Shown here piece by piece: positions 1-11,876 of a stretch of 64,000 nucleotides of DNA. Numbering within the stretch: the first letter of the stretch is position 1; each line of letters begins with the position of its first letter. The position numbers and the translations under genes were made by a program. The DNA is taken from assembly GCA_030141605.1 (NCBI GenBank), contig JAQGDQ010000030.1:603171-667170 (forward strand), in the 5' to 3' direction. The DNA is from Tubiluchus corallicola. Its lineage: Eukaryota; Animalia; Priapulida. The notes under the pieces are model-generated. The model searched no databases. It was not told the origin of the DNA and saw nothing but the letters and a program-made list of their open reading frames with translations.

Positions 1-429
1 TTTCGGATTAAGCATGGTCACATTGATAAGACTGGTCCAGTTTTAGAAAAAAATGCTCCTAGAACTTTATAAAAGCACCTTTTCAGGATTTTCTTTTAGC
101 CTAATGGCAGCCATTTTAAAAATGGTAATCATTTTTGAAATGAAAATTGCAGGAATGGGTTCCATGGGTCCAACTTCCCTGGAATAGATGTCATAATTGC
201 TTTTGTTGTTAATTTTCTGAAATATCTGTTAATTTACACTGTTCAGAAACTTGGTGGCCATTTTGTTTTTTGCGTATTCAACCTTTTTCTCTAATTTTTC
301 AAACTGACAGTAGCTGCTTTTGGATTCAGAATTGTCAAATTAATAAGACTGGCTATGTTACCCACTTTTAAAAAAAATGCGCGCTTTGCGCTTTATAGAA
401 AGACTTTTTCAGGATTTGGGCATAGACTA
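1..429. mobile_element. End of a probable DNA transposon with internally repeated subterminal blocks
   Basis: The block ttcggatt..ataagactgg..aaaaaaatgc..ctttata..ttttcaggattt occurs at ~1-92 and ~320-417, with aatggc/gccatttt motifs between them. The other end would lie outside the window. Confidence 0.4.
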
Positions 430-891
430 TGAAATGCATTCAGACCATTTTACTTCTTTTGTTAAATTCTTTGTTCGAACTGTTGCACTGCTTTGTTTAC
501 AAGTATGATATGCTTGTTGCATAGTCTGTCAGGCATTGATTTTGTTGATCTAAGTTGATTTCCAGTGTAGTGATTTCCAATGTACTGAAACTGGGATCTC
601 TTCAATAATTTTTTTCACTACATTTCATTATGCGTGAATATATTAAAAGTATTGAGTATTTGTACTTTCAAGAATTAAAAAAATGTATGTGGTAACTTTA
701 TGAAATTAAATTTGCAGTTGTATATAATAATTGTTTCTGCTGAAATAGTTACAGACTTGCAGCAAGTATTAATTAATCATTAATAGTCAAAATACGAGTA
801 TCACTTACTTTTAAATCTGGCTGCCTTATGCTCTTCTATTTGTCTGACTGTCTGTTAAACAGTCTAATTAATGTTTGCTGTTCTATTATAG

Positions 892-3800
892 GTTATCTAC
901 CCCAAATCAGATGAACAGAAAGCTACTCTTTACAATGCCGTCAAAGACATTCTCCTTTTTAAGAGCCTTGATTCGGTAATGTGGTATAAATTACAAGATA
1001 GCTTCAAGTTTTGGCATTCAGAAATTTTATAACTAAGGAGACGCTGCCAGACAGTTGATTGAGTTTTGTAACATGTTGCAAGCTATTACATTTTGATAGA
1101 AATTAGCATGAATTGTAAGAAAATTGTGTAAGAAAATTTGCACATCACAGATGCGCACTGCTTTGTCTATTATACAATTTATTGTACATTTATGTGAATT
1201 ACTACGCACTGCTAATCAATGTCTTTGCTCGAAATTTTGTCATTTTTCATTATGTCCAGTTGGGCAGTATCTTCTTGCAATAATTAATGTCTTTGCTCGA
1301 AATTTTGTCATTTTTCATTATGTCCAGTTGAGCAGTATCTTCTTGCAATAAGTTTATTGCAGTTTTGACATCTCTCATTTTATATGGCATTAAATTGTAT
1401 GGGGAATTTAATCCTTTATGGTGGAGTGGTGATAATGGTTTGTTGATGAACATTAACTACTTTCTTACCATTACTTTACTAAAAAGTCATTTAGCTGGAT
1501 TCGTATGGAGTGTAGGGATTTATCCATCAACCATAATGTTGTGTTGGTTGATTGTTGTAAAAGTCATTCTTTAATTTGCAATATTTACTTTGCCCAGATT
1601 TCTGTAAGATTACGTAAGGTGACATTATGAGATCTCTAAAATATGTATTTATATTTAGTTACAGTAAACGTGCACTGTTTTCCACTTTGTGAACCCTACC
1701 AAAAAGTTCTTGGCCTCACCAGCGAACCTGAATGTACTATAGTAATCTGTAGACTTCCTGGTGGCATTTTGCCTACTATCAATCTGAATTGAGAAGAACT
1801 TGAAAAATCTTGAAATATGTTAGGTTATATTAGGTTTCAGGATAACGTATCAGCTCGTTGTGGCTGTTTTGTCACTTGGTGGAGGTGCTTCCCCGTGCTC
1901 CTTTTACATTTAATATATGTCTTTATTTGACTTCTATCTGATTAGAAGTAAAGTACACCTATATTGAAGAATTTTTTCTACGGCCTTGGCGTCGTTGGTA
2001 TTAAAGCTTTTCCGAGAAATCAGATCAAGGTGTAGCAGGCCTTAAACAATGTTGGTCCAATGGAGTTCGTTAACGTCAGAGGACATTGTTAATTTAAAAG
2101 ACTCGTCACAGGCCAAGAACTTTTTGGTGATGTCTGTTATGTGACTGAAAGAAGAAAAAGTATTTTATTGTTTTGCAGCCGTATCTTTAATTTTCACTCT
2201 GGTTTTATCACAAACATTTTAATTATGTTTTAGGATCAGCTTGTTGAAGTTATTCATGCCATGTTCGAAGTGAACGTAACTGAAGGAGAGCATGTGATTG
2301 ATCAGGGAGATGATGGTGATAATTTTTATGTCATAGAGAGGTATCTAGTAATGTGATTGATTTTTCTGAAATAGTTACTTCTCTAGTTATTAAAATAAGA
2401 TTTCAAAATTCCTTTTGAGATTTTTTATCTATATATCACAGGGATTTGTGTCTTTTTCGGTACTTAGTTTTTCTTTAGAAGCCAAGTTGCAAATGTAGGG
2501 GAAACTTTTTTAAAGCTTTAATGACCAATGATTAATAACCAATTTGATACTTTTTAATCATAAACAAGGAAGAAACAGTTTCATGTTTGTGAAAAGATTG
2601 CGTGATTACGTGGTGAGAGTAGGTGATGACTCTTGCAATTTTTTATCCATTTTTATGTTGTTTTCAGTGGAAATTATGACATATTTGTGAATGTGGGAGG
2701 TGAGCAAAAGTGTATTGGTGCATATGAAGGCCAAGGTAGTTTTGGAGAACTAGCATTAATGTACAATACGCCTCGTGCAGCCACCATCATTGCGACTACT
2801 TCAGGACGGGTGTGGGGAATGGTAAGCATCATGAAATTTCATTGCTAGATTATGCATATTGAGGAAATAATTCATTGAGTGTTGACACTTGCCGTGAAGT
2901 CAAATGTAATTGTACGACATGCGAATCTTTAGTAGGAATGTTTGGTTTGTACATTAGAGCAAGTATAGTCTGTAGGTATAGTAGTAATGTTATGTTTAAC
3001 AGGTTTTAGTGATTCTTTTGAATATGTACAGTAGTTTTAGATATAAAAACAATGGGCTGGTTTCACGAAGCCATTACTAAATTAACAGCATCATTATTAC
3101 ATTCACCTAGCTATTAATAAGGACGTCGTTAAGTTTGTGACGGCTTTGTGAAACTGGGGTCTGTTTGTAGGCCTGATAATTTGTCAGTCTGTTTCTACCA
3201 GTATGGTGTCCACTGTCTGTATCTCTTATGTCAATGTAGTTTAGTTTTTGTCAGAGATTTGGTATGCTGGAATTTTCAGTGTTTTGGTATCTCAGTATTT
3301 CTGTAACTTAGTATTTAGTGATTTATCATGTCAGTTCAGTTTCATTTTATTTCATATTTCTAATTTGGCGTCCGTTCTATACGAATGCTAGAATATTTGT
3401 CTGCTGCATAATTATCGCATTTTAGTTATTTATTATTATGATTTGGCTCTGATTAGGTTGTGCTGTTTAGTTGTCTTTACTATTTAGTATTTAGTGATTT
3501 ATTGTGTCAATTTAGTTTCATTTCATTTCATATTACTAATTTGGCTTCTGCTCTATACAAGTGAATGCTAGAATATTTGTCTGCTGCATAATTATCCTAT
3601 TTTAGTTAATTATTATTATGATTTGGCTCTGATTAGGTTATGCTGCTAGTACTTGATATAGATGCAGTGCTAGAATTTGTATTACTAATCATCATTTTTC
3701 ATTAATCGTTATATCGGTTCGTGTAGTGTAATCTTGTTGTAGTCTTGTAGGTATGCAAGTACATATTTTTAATCTGGTGTTTTCTTTATTAACTTAGCAA

Positions 3801-6800
3801 AACAAAGTAACCACAGATCATTCAGTCTACATTTTAGATTCTGAGCTGTTTCCACTTCAGTATGACTCAGTGAATGACAAAAAGACCTACTTTTAAATCC
3901 TCCTTAACTCCTAAACCTTTCATCTACAGCCTACACCTTTTTCTTTATTCTCTTTTTCGCCGTCTTCACAGCACTGTTTTTACCTTGATATTTTGTAACT
4001 GTTATTATCTACAACTGCAAAGATAGAGTTTACTTCTGTCACTTAAACAGTCCTGAGTCTTTTCTTTAGTCTCTGAAGGACTTTAAATTACAAACTAGAT
4101 GCACAACTAAAATACTTAACTGTTCTAAATGGCTAAAACATTGAAACGACTCTAACTGTTTTACTTTTGCTTGCAGCAATGAACATGGACAAGATTGGAA
4201 AAGGGTGTCACTGATGAATGCTGTATTAATCCATTTATTTTGCTTGTACAGTAAAGCTGTAAAATTGTTTTTGCTTTAGGATCGGCAAATGTTTAGACGA
4301 ATTGTAATGAAAAGTGCATTCAAGAAGCGAAAGATGTATGAGGCTTTATTAGCGAGTGTCCCTATGCTGCAGATGTTACAGGTACAGTTACATATGATGC
4401 ATAAATATTGTTGTTGTATTTCTTTTATACTATTTTGCACATGCTTTGATGTTACTTGATTCTGTGTGTAGACATTTACCAGAAATTCAGCCAGGTTCAT
4501 AAGGTTAGAATAACACAAATTCAGGTACTTGTTACAACTTTATAAAATCGTTTTTTCAAAGGTTGTGCTTTTGCTGGTAGTTGATAGACATGAGGATGAT
4601 TGTCTATAGTGTAGGAGGTTTAGCAAAGTGTTATTCAGCAATGCTTCATTTTGGTGCTAAACACGATACCTTTTCTCACTTAATAATATGTACTATGTTT
4701 TAATGATGTTTTTTGTAATGTATTTTTTGCATTATTTTCACAGGGTTTGCTTTTGCCTTGTATAGGTCGACACTGTTATGTAAATAATAAGTGAGCAGCT
4801 TGTTTTTATTTCAATGTTTTATTGATTGAAGATTTTCAAGATATGTATACTGTTGTCAAAACTGAAGAATTTTTTTATAGCCGTATGAGAAGATGAACTT
4901 AGCAGATGCTTTAATGCCTGTAATATCTCAAGATGGAGAGGTTATCATTGAACAGGTACAGTGCACTTTCTCTGCTGAATTGTGTAGATTATCAATATTT
5001 ATGTTCTTGCACACTGTTATAGTAAAGTAACTTTTTGCGTGACTGACATGCAGAAGTTGTATTGTTGACATTTGTGAGGAAGTAGAATGGCAGCACCTAA
5101 TTGTACACTTAATACTTGCATTGAACTAATGTTGAGCTTAGAACTTATTTTTATGTGCCTGAAAAAGTTTAAACTTAATGAAAAGTAGTAGTACAAAATT
5201 ATTTTATTTGTTACAAATAAAAGGAATACATACATTCTAGTCATTGGACTTTTAGTCCATAAACAGGAATTACACATGCAAAAACAAATGTACACAGTGA
5301 CATGCAAATAAAACGTGTAATTTGACAAGCACTATATAAAGATTTACACAGAAGATGTATATTAGTCTTAAAAACTGGTACGATACAGATTAAAAAGTAC
5401 AGAATTGAGATCAAATTTCATGATAAAATAATTAAATATATTGTTATAAGTTGGTTTCAATATTATAAAAGTTGTGTATTGTCTAAAATTAGTGCAGTGA
5501 TACTATAGTAAAAATTAAATTGAGAAAGAGGACTAAAAACATTTTACGGAACTAGAAAGGTTGGACCTGCCACTCAAGTTTGTTTTTGGATTTAAAAATA
5601 ATAAACATGCATTAAATAATATACAAGTAAATCTACTATTATATTAATATTCTTGGTATATATATATATTTATTTATTTATATATATATAAGATTCGAGG
5701 CTACAGCCCAGACGAGGGCACCATTTGCGGCGATCTATACATCAAACGAAAGGTCTCGATCTAGTGTCGTCTCATTGATGGTTTATTTTTCGAATCGGGC
5801 CCACCGGGAGGAAGGGGAGGCGAAAAACCTCCAAAAATGGCCATTTTTCGGCCGTTTTTTGTAAAAGTTATACGGCTGAGATGTAGAGAACGGGAACGGG
5901 CCGAGGGTGGTGCTGGGTATGGATAGATAGCCCGTTCAGCGGTGGGTGTAGTAGGCATATTTAGAATTCCCGAGAGGGCCACGGCGTCCCGCAACGGGCG
6001 TTTTCCCGGACCCAACTCGCGATTTTTTCGAAATTTTGACCAAACAGCATGCGGGAAAAACGTTCTAGCGTCGCCCAGTGGGACTCTAGGAAGGAGATAT
6101 ATAGCTCTTTACAAAGAGGAAGGACAGGGCTACACGATGATGTAGGCTACATTTTAGGGCAGGTCCACCGAGAGGAGTACCGAGGAGTTAATTGGATGTT
6201 CTATTTTCGACAATTTTCGCTTAGAAAATTGCTGACGCAAAGGCATTGTTGTGACGTCATCCATTGTATTCTGTCTATAATCTTATAGCTTTAATTCAGT
6301 AAAAGCTGCTGCTTTGCGTTAGGTAAGTAAACATACAGTAGGCAGGATGTTACGGGCTTTGTGTAATAAATGAGGACTAGGTAGAATGTTCGCGTGTTAT
6401 TGATTATACGTGGTTTTTTACGCAAAATCTTTTGCGGGGCCTTTGCTATTTATTATATTATAGCACATAGTTTCAACTTTGTGAAAAATGTTTGGAATGG
6501 TTTTGTTGTAATGCTGTGCTGTTGGTGCTTGTGCTATAGGTGTCGTCATCGTTGCCAACATCATCATCATCAACATCATGATCACCACGTGAGGTGGTGG
6601 ATTTGATGTGGTGTGGTGGTGGTGTGCTTTGTGTGTTGTGCTATGGATGGTGTGGTGGGGTGATAGGGTGTGTGGGGTGTGGTGTGGGTAGTGTGGTATG
6701 GAGTGGGTGGCGTGGTGTGTGGGTGGGTGTTGTGGTGCAGTGTGGTGTTATGGTGTGGTGCAGTGCGGTGTGATGTGGTGGAGTATTATGGCGTGGGTGG

Positions 6801-9800
6801 TGTGGTGTGTAGGTGGTGCGGTGTGGTGTGGTGCAGTGTGGTGTGATGTGGTGGAGTCGAATGGTGTGGGTGGTGTGGTGTAGTGTGTGGGTGGGTGGTG
6901 CGGTGTGCTGCAGTGGTATGGTGTGGTGTGGTGTGATGTGGTGGAGTAGTATGGTGTGGGTGGTGTGGTGTGTAGGTGGGTGGGTGGGTGGTGTGTTGCA
7001 GTGTGGTGTTATGGTGTGGTGCTGTGCAGTGTGATGTTGTGGAGTATTATGGTGTGGGTGGTGTGGTGTGGTGTGTGGGTGGTGCAGTGGTATGGTGTGG
7101 TGCAGTGTGGTGTGGTGGAGTGGTATGGTGTGGGTGGTATGGTGTGGTGCGGTGTGGTGGTATTGTGTGGTGCAGTGTGGTGCGATGAGGTGGAGTGGTA
7201 TGGTGTGGTGCAGTGTGGTGTGATGAGGTGGAGTGGTGTGGTGTGGGTTGTGTGTTGATTTGTGCACAAAATTCTTTTTGTGGGGTTTGGCTAGTAATAA
7301 TAATAAATCTCTTATATTAATATTCTTGGTATCTTAATATATATATAAGATTCGAGGCTACAGCCCGGACGACGGCACCATTTGCGGCGATCTATACATC
7401 AAACGAAAGGTCTCGATCTAGTGTCGTCTCATTGATGGTTTATTTTTCGAATCGGGCCCACCGGGAGGAACGGGCGGCGAAAAACCTCCAAAAATGGCCA
7501 TTTTTCGGCCGTTTTTTGCAAAAGTTATACGGCTGAGATGTAGAGAACGGGAACGGGCCGAGGGTGGTGCTGGGTATGGATAGATAGCCCGTTCAGCGGT
7601 GGGTGTCATAGGCCTATTTAGAATTCGCGAGAGGGCTAGGGCGCCCCGCAACGGGCGTTTTCCCGGACCCAACTCGCGGTTTTTTCGAAATTCTGATCAA
7701 ACAGCATGCGGAAAAAACGTTCTAGCGGCGCCTGGTGGGACTCTCGGAAGGAGATATACGGCTCATCAGAAAGAGAAAAAACAGGGCTACACGATGATGT
7801 GGGTTATATGTTAGGACAGGTCCACCGAGAGGAGTACTGGCGAGTTAATTACCAGTTCTATTTTCGGCAATTTTCGCTTAGAAAACTGCTGACGCAAAGC
7901 CATTGTTGTGACGTCATCCATTGTACTCTGTCTATAATCTTATAGCTTTAATTCAGCAAAAAGCTGCTACAGGCTTAGTTAAACAAACAGTAGGCATGAT
8001 GTTACGGGCTTTGCGTTATACATGAGGACTAGGTAGGATATTCGCGTATTATTGATTACACGTGGTTTTTTACGCAAAATCTTTTGCGGGGCCTTTGCTA
8101 TTTATTATATTATAGCACATAGTTTCAACTTTGTGAAAAATGTTTGGAATGGTTTTGTTGTAATGCTGTGCTGTTGGTGCTTGTGCTATAGGTGTCGTCA
8201 TCGTTGCCACCACCATCATCATCATCAACATCATGATCACCACGTGAGGTGGTGGATTTGATGTGGTGTGGTGGTGGTGTGCTTTGTGTGTTGTGCTATG
8301 GATGGTGTGGTGGGGTGATAGGGTGTGTGGGGTGTGGTGTGGGTAGTGTGGTATGGAGTGGGTGGCGTGGTGTGTGGGTGGGTGTTGTGGTGCAGTGTGG
8401 TGTTATGGTGTGGTGCAGTGCAGTGTGATGTGGTGGAGTATTATGGCGTGGGTGGTGTGGTGTGGTGCGTGGGTGTTGCAGTGTGGTGTGATATGGTGGA
8501 GTGGTATGGTGTGGTGCAGTGTGGTGTGATGTGGTGGAGTCGCATGGTGTGGGTGGTGTGGTGTGTGGTGTGGTGTGCTGGAGTGGTATGGTGTGGTGCG
8601 GTGTGGTGTGATGTGGTGGACTGGTATGGTGTGGGTGGTGTGGTGTGCAGGTGGGTGGGTGGTGTGGTGCAGTGTGGTGTTATGGTGTGGTGCTGTGCGG
8701 TGTGATGTGGTGGAGTATTATGGTGTGGGTGGTGTGGTGTGGTGTGATGTGGTGGAGTGGTATGGTGTGGGTGGTGTGGTGTGTAGGTGGGTGGGTGGTG
8801 TGGTGTGTAGGTGGGTGGGTGGTGTGGTGCAGTGTGGTGTGCGGTGTGATGTGGTGGAGTGTTATGGTGTGGGTGGTGTGGTGTGTGGGTGGTGAAGTGG
8901 TGTGGTGCAGTGTGGTGCGATGTGGTGGAGTGGTATGGTGTAGGTGGTATGGTGTGGTGCGGTGTGGTGGTGCGGTGGTATTGTGTGGTGCGGTGTGGTG
9001 CGATGAGGTGGAGTGGTATGGTGTGGTGCAGTGTGGTGTGATGAGGTGGAGTGGTGTGGTGTGGGTTGTGTGTTCATTTGTGCACAAAATTCTTTTTGTG
9101 GGGTTTGGCTAGTACTTAATAATATGCGTTGAAGGTCAGCAATACGGTGATTCTTAATTTAGCAGCTTTTGAATGTGTATCATGCAGCTCGGTTTACATA
9201 AATTACATTTCTAAAAGTATGGTAGCTGATTGGTTCTGTCTAAAACCTCTATTTGGTTTAGTGGATAGTTCTCATTCTGTGTGGTCACGTGTGTCAGGTA
9301 TTCATAATAATTACAAATAGAAACACAAGGGTATAAAAATGGGTAAACCATTTGCAAAGTGTATGCTCAAAGCATGCATCGGAAATTTCAAAAATGGGAT
9401 AAAATTCAGGGGACCTTATAAGTGCTTCGTACACAAAATTCTACTTGATAATAAAGGTGGAAATATTGATACTTCTGCACCAGGTAACACTACTTAAGCT
9501 ATGCCGCTGTTTCACTGACCAGTTTTCTTTCAGCATCACTTAACTTGAGCAGTGATGCTTTAACTTAAGCTCACTTGGTGAGTAATTGGCAATTTTCCAA
9601 ATTGTAATAGTCCCAGACTACCGATGAAGTTGAAGTGCTACAAAGGAATAACAAGTGGTTTTCTGTTGCGTATTTTCAACCATTAAACATTGCAAATTGT
9701 TTTTGTACAGATTGTCACTTGAAAAGCCAAGACTCAGCAGAGCCTACTTTTTGCAAATAGCTAACTATCATTGTAAACTAATGTAACGAGCATGTACGCA

Positions 9801-11876
9801 CATGAGGCATGTATCTGGAAAGTTAAATGAATAGAGAGTAATTGCAATTTTTAATAATGAAAAAAGTAACAGTGATTTTATACAGATCTTTTGTATTTGT
9901 TTATTTAGCTCGTTTCTTTGTGTACAGTATGGTTTTTATGTAGGGCGATGAAGCCGATGGCATGTACTTTGTTGAAGATGGAATAGTTCGCATTATTGTG
10001 AAGCATCCAGTGAGTCTTGTTAATGTGACTGTGTTTGAACTTTGAAATGTTTGCTTTTTTGTACGAATTTCTTATAAGTGTAAAAAAACTGGAATAATAT
10101 GGCGTACTGATGTATGCTAGTACTCTAAACTTTACTGTTAGCATAACTGTAATTACTAATTACTGTGATAATGTAATAACCCGAAAATTACCATTTTTGT
10201 TGTGTTACTGATAATTCGTAATGGTTCATTCCTCCAGCTTTAAAAAGTGTTCTGTAGGAATTCTCATACCTTTTAGTTACAGATGATTTTCTTAAACAGA
10301 ATTACCAATTTTATACAATGCATTTTCTTTTTTATTAGGACGGGCAGGAAAAAGAGGTAACAAGAATTCTCCGTGGAGGCTATTTTGGAGGTAAATGAAC
10401 CAGCCTATTATGGGCCAGTGGGCGGCTTACTGTTTGGGGATTAAGTTCCCTGCTGCTGGCCCTGGCACAGTAGTGAAGACTTAATATTGTTCATGCACTT
10501 TACATGCTTTTTTACTTTTTCTTTATTGTACTTTTGTACTTAGATAAAAAAAACAATGTAATATGAATATAATATATAGATATATTTTTAGTATATTAAC
10601 GTATATGTAATCATTTATATTTGGTACTTGTTGAAGTCATGGCTTTACTTCTTACTTTTGACTGCCAAGTTAGAGTAAATAAAAAAGTTTTATTGTTCTA
10701 GAGTTGGCTCTTGTTACGAAGAACCCCAGAGCTGCATCGGCAGTAGCTGCTGGTAAAGTGAAACTTGCATGTAAGTTTTCTGCGATACCTAATTGCATTA
10801 TATTGTGACATTTTACCTTCATTACGTGGTAATTTTTACAATGATTCAGTAACAATAATAATTATTAAATTCAAGCAAAAGCTGTCAAAAGTGCCCTGAT
10901 AAACTTTTTTCAATTTCTTGATGCGTTTGCACTTGCCTGCCTATCTGTTGTGATGGCTGAGTATACTAAATGCTTTCAAACTTTTCTTTATGTTTGTTCC
11001 TGTTGTGTGATTAATGCTTTCCGCATTTTGTCACTAGTATTTTTCTTTCTCTTGCATCATGTATTGTCACTAGAAATAGGTGTTGTTTATGATCAAACCT
11101 TTAATAATGGGCCTTTGCATTTCTGAGAGCATTGTTTCGTAGAAGGGCTTGTTGGACCTGTCACCCAGTCTTTGTACAGTTTGTCACTTGAAAAGCCAGG
11201 ACTCAGAATTTCACAACTTTTGGCAAATGCTAATTATCAAGGCTGGCATTATAAAACACGGCCCATGACCTACATCCTAAACATAATTGGATGAGTGTAA
11301 TTCTTTCCTCCTCAGGACAATATTGCTGGCAACCCCCCAAAGTATTTTTCTAGACAGTCATCTGTTTACTGACTAGGTTCAATATTATTCATTTTGGTCG
11401 CTAAGGCCATACTTAGCCCTGTAGTCTGTCATTCCGAATTTATGCAGTGTCACATAAATTGTAAACTGATTTATGCCACTGGGTGGGTGCTGTGTGTGCG
11501 TGCAAATCACCATTCCAATGTAGGACAGTTTTTCGTCAAGTTGCATTTAGTAAAGAGTGCATTGTTAGATGGGTTCGTATTGTTTTATATATATTTTAGA
11601 ACAGGTGTGATCTTAGCAGCATTTAGAATATGAAACTTTTTTTGTTATTTTTGCGATATTTGTTTTATGGGCTCTGCGTACATGTAAATTATCTTAGTTA
11701 TTATTGATTTCTTGTAGCTCACTTAGATAATTGTTTTAGATCTGGATGTAGCTGGATTTGAGAGACTCCTGGGTCCATGTAAGGATATCATGGAAAGAAA
11801 TGTAAGCTCATATGAAGATCAATTGGCCGAGATTTTTGGTGCAAAGACCAGTTTGGGATCATTGCCTAATGTCTGA
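892..11876 (+). CDS. PRKAR2: cAMP-dependent protein kinase type II regulatory subunit (5'-partial; 9 exons in window)
   Basis: GT-AG exons 892-975, 2234-2340, 2668-2821, 4280-4381, 4881-4955, 9944-10009, 10339-10390, 10702-10770, 11740-11876 (TGA) join in frame. The translation reads [37 protein letters not shown] cassette [15 protein letters not shown] (RII-type), [20 protein letters not shown] and [23 protein letters not shown]. The D/D domain and inhibitor-site exons lie upstream of the window. Confidence 0.96.
1218..1351. repeat. 68-bp tandem duplication (2 copies)
   Basis: aatgtctttgctcgaaattttgtcatttttcattatgtccagttg..cagtatcttcttgcaataa occurs at 1218 and 1286. Confidence 0.9.
1698..2128 (+). 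mobile_element. Internally deleted mariner (DD34D) relic
   Basis: Perfect 19-bp inverted repeat accaaaaagttcttggcct (1698-1716) / aggccaagaactttttggt (2110-2128). Internal degenerate translation FQDNVSAR and [12 protein letters not shown] resembles mariner HDNAPAH and EVLPHPPYSPDLAPSDFYL. Confidence 0.7.
3054..3161. mobile_element. Short palindromic MITE (Harbinger/PIF-like ends)
   Basis: Imperfect terminal inverted repeats gggctggtttcacgaagcc and ggctttgtgaaactggggtc around a ~70-bp core. Confidence 0.55.
3308..3646. repeat. ~176-bp tandem duplication (2 copies)
   Basis: ttagtatttagtgatttat..gaatgctagaatatttgtctgctgcataattatc..gatttggctctgattaggtt occurs at 3308 and 3484. Confidence 0.9.
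6233..6259. promoter_or_regulatory. CRE palindrome TGACGTCA plus TGACGCAA (C/EBP-ATF-like) in Helitron A; repeated at 7890-7916 in Helitron B
   Basis: Exact motif matches; function untested. Confidence 0.35.
6590..7255. repeat. (GTG/GTGTG)n compound microsatellite inside Helitron copy A
   Basis: Directly visible G/T-rich simple repeat; it is the source of the spurious His/Thr/Pro and Val/Trp/Cys ORFs. Confidence 0.95.
7308..9112 (+). mobile_element. Non-autonomous Helitron-like element, copy B (head-to-tail with copy A)
   Basis: A|TC start (tctcttatattaatattcttgg), the same body, and an identical 3' hairpin and gggtttggCTAG|T terminus. Its GTG array is longer than in copy A. Confidence 0.85.
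8244..9072. repeat. (GTG/GTGTG)n compound microsatellite inside Helitron copy B
   Basis: Same repeat as in copy A, expanded. Confidence 0.95.

Larger units (their letters stand above)
5632..7294 (+). mobile_element. Non-autonomous Helitron-like element, copy A (in PRKAR2 intron)
   Basis: A|TC 5' end (tctactattatattaa), 3' hairpin cacaaaa-ttct-ttttgtg 8 nt before CTAG|T, no TSD. It has a CpG-rich 5' body and an internal GTG-rich microsatellite, and is nearly identical to copy B. Confidence 0.85.

Noticed and set aside
5761-8261. Duplicated small ORFs (MGPGKRPLR.., MREKRSS.., ..[10 protein letters not shown]..) that look like a conserved operon
   Set aside because: They recur only because the Helitron is duplicated. 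They have no recognisable domains, overlap in multiple frames, and many start at non-ATG codons.
6641-9112. His/Thr/Pro-rich and Val/Trp/Cys-rich ORFs of up to 208 aa on both strands
   Set aside because: They are translations of the GTG/CAC microsatellite, open in several frames at once and differing between copies.
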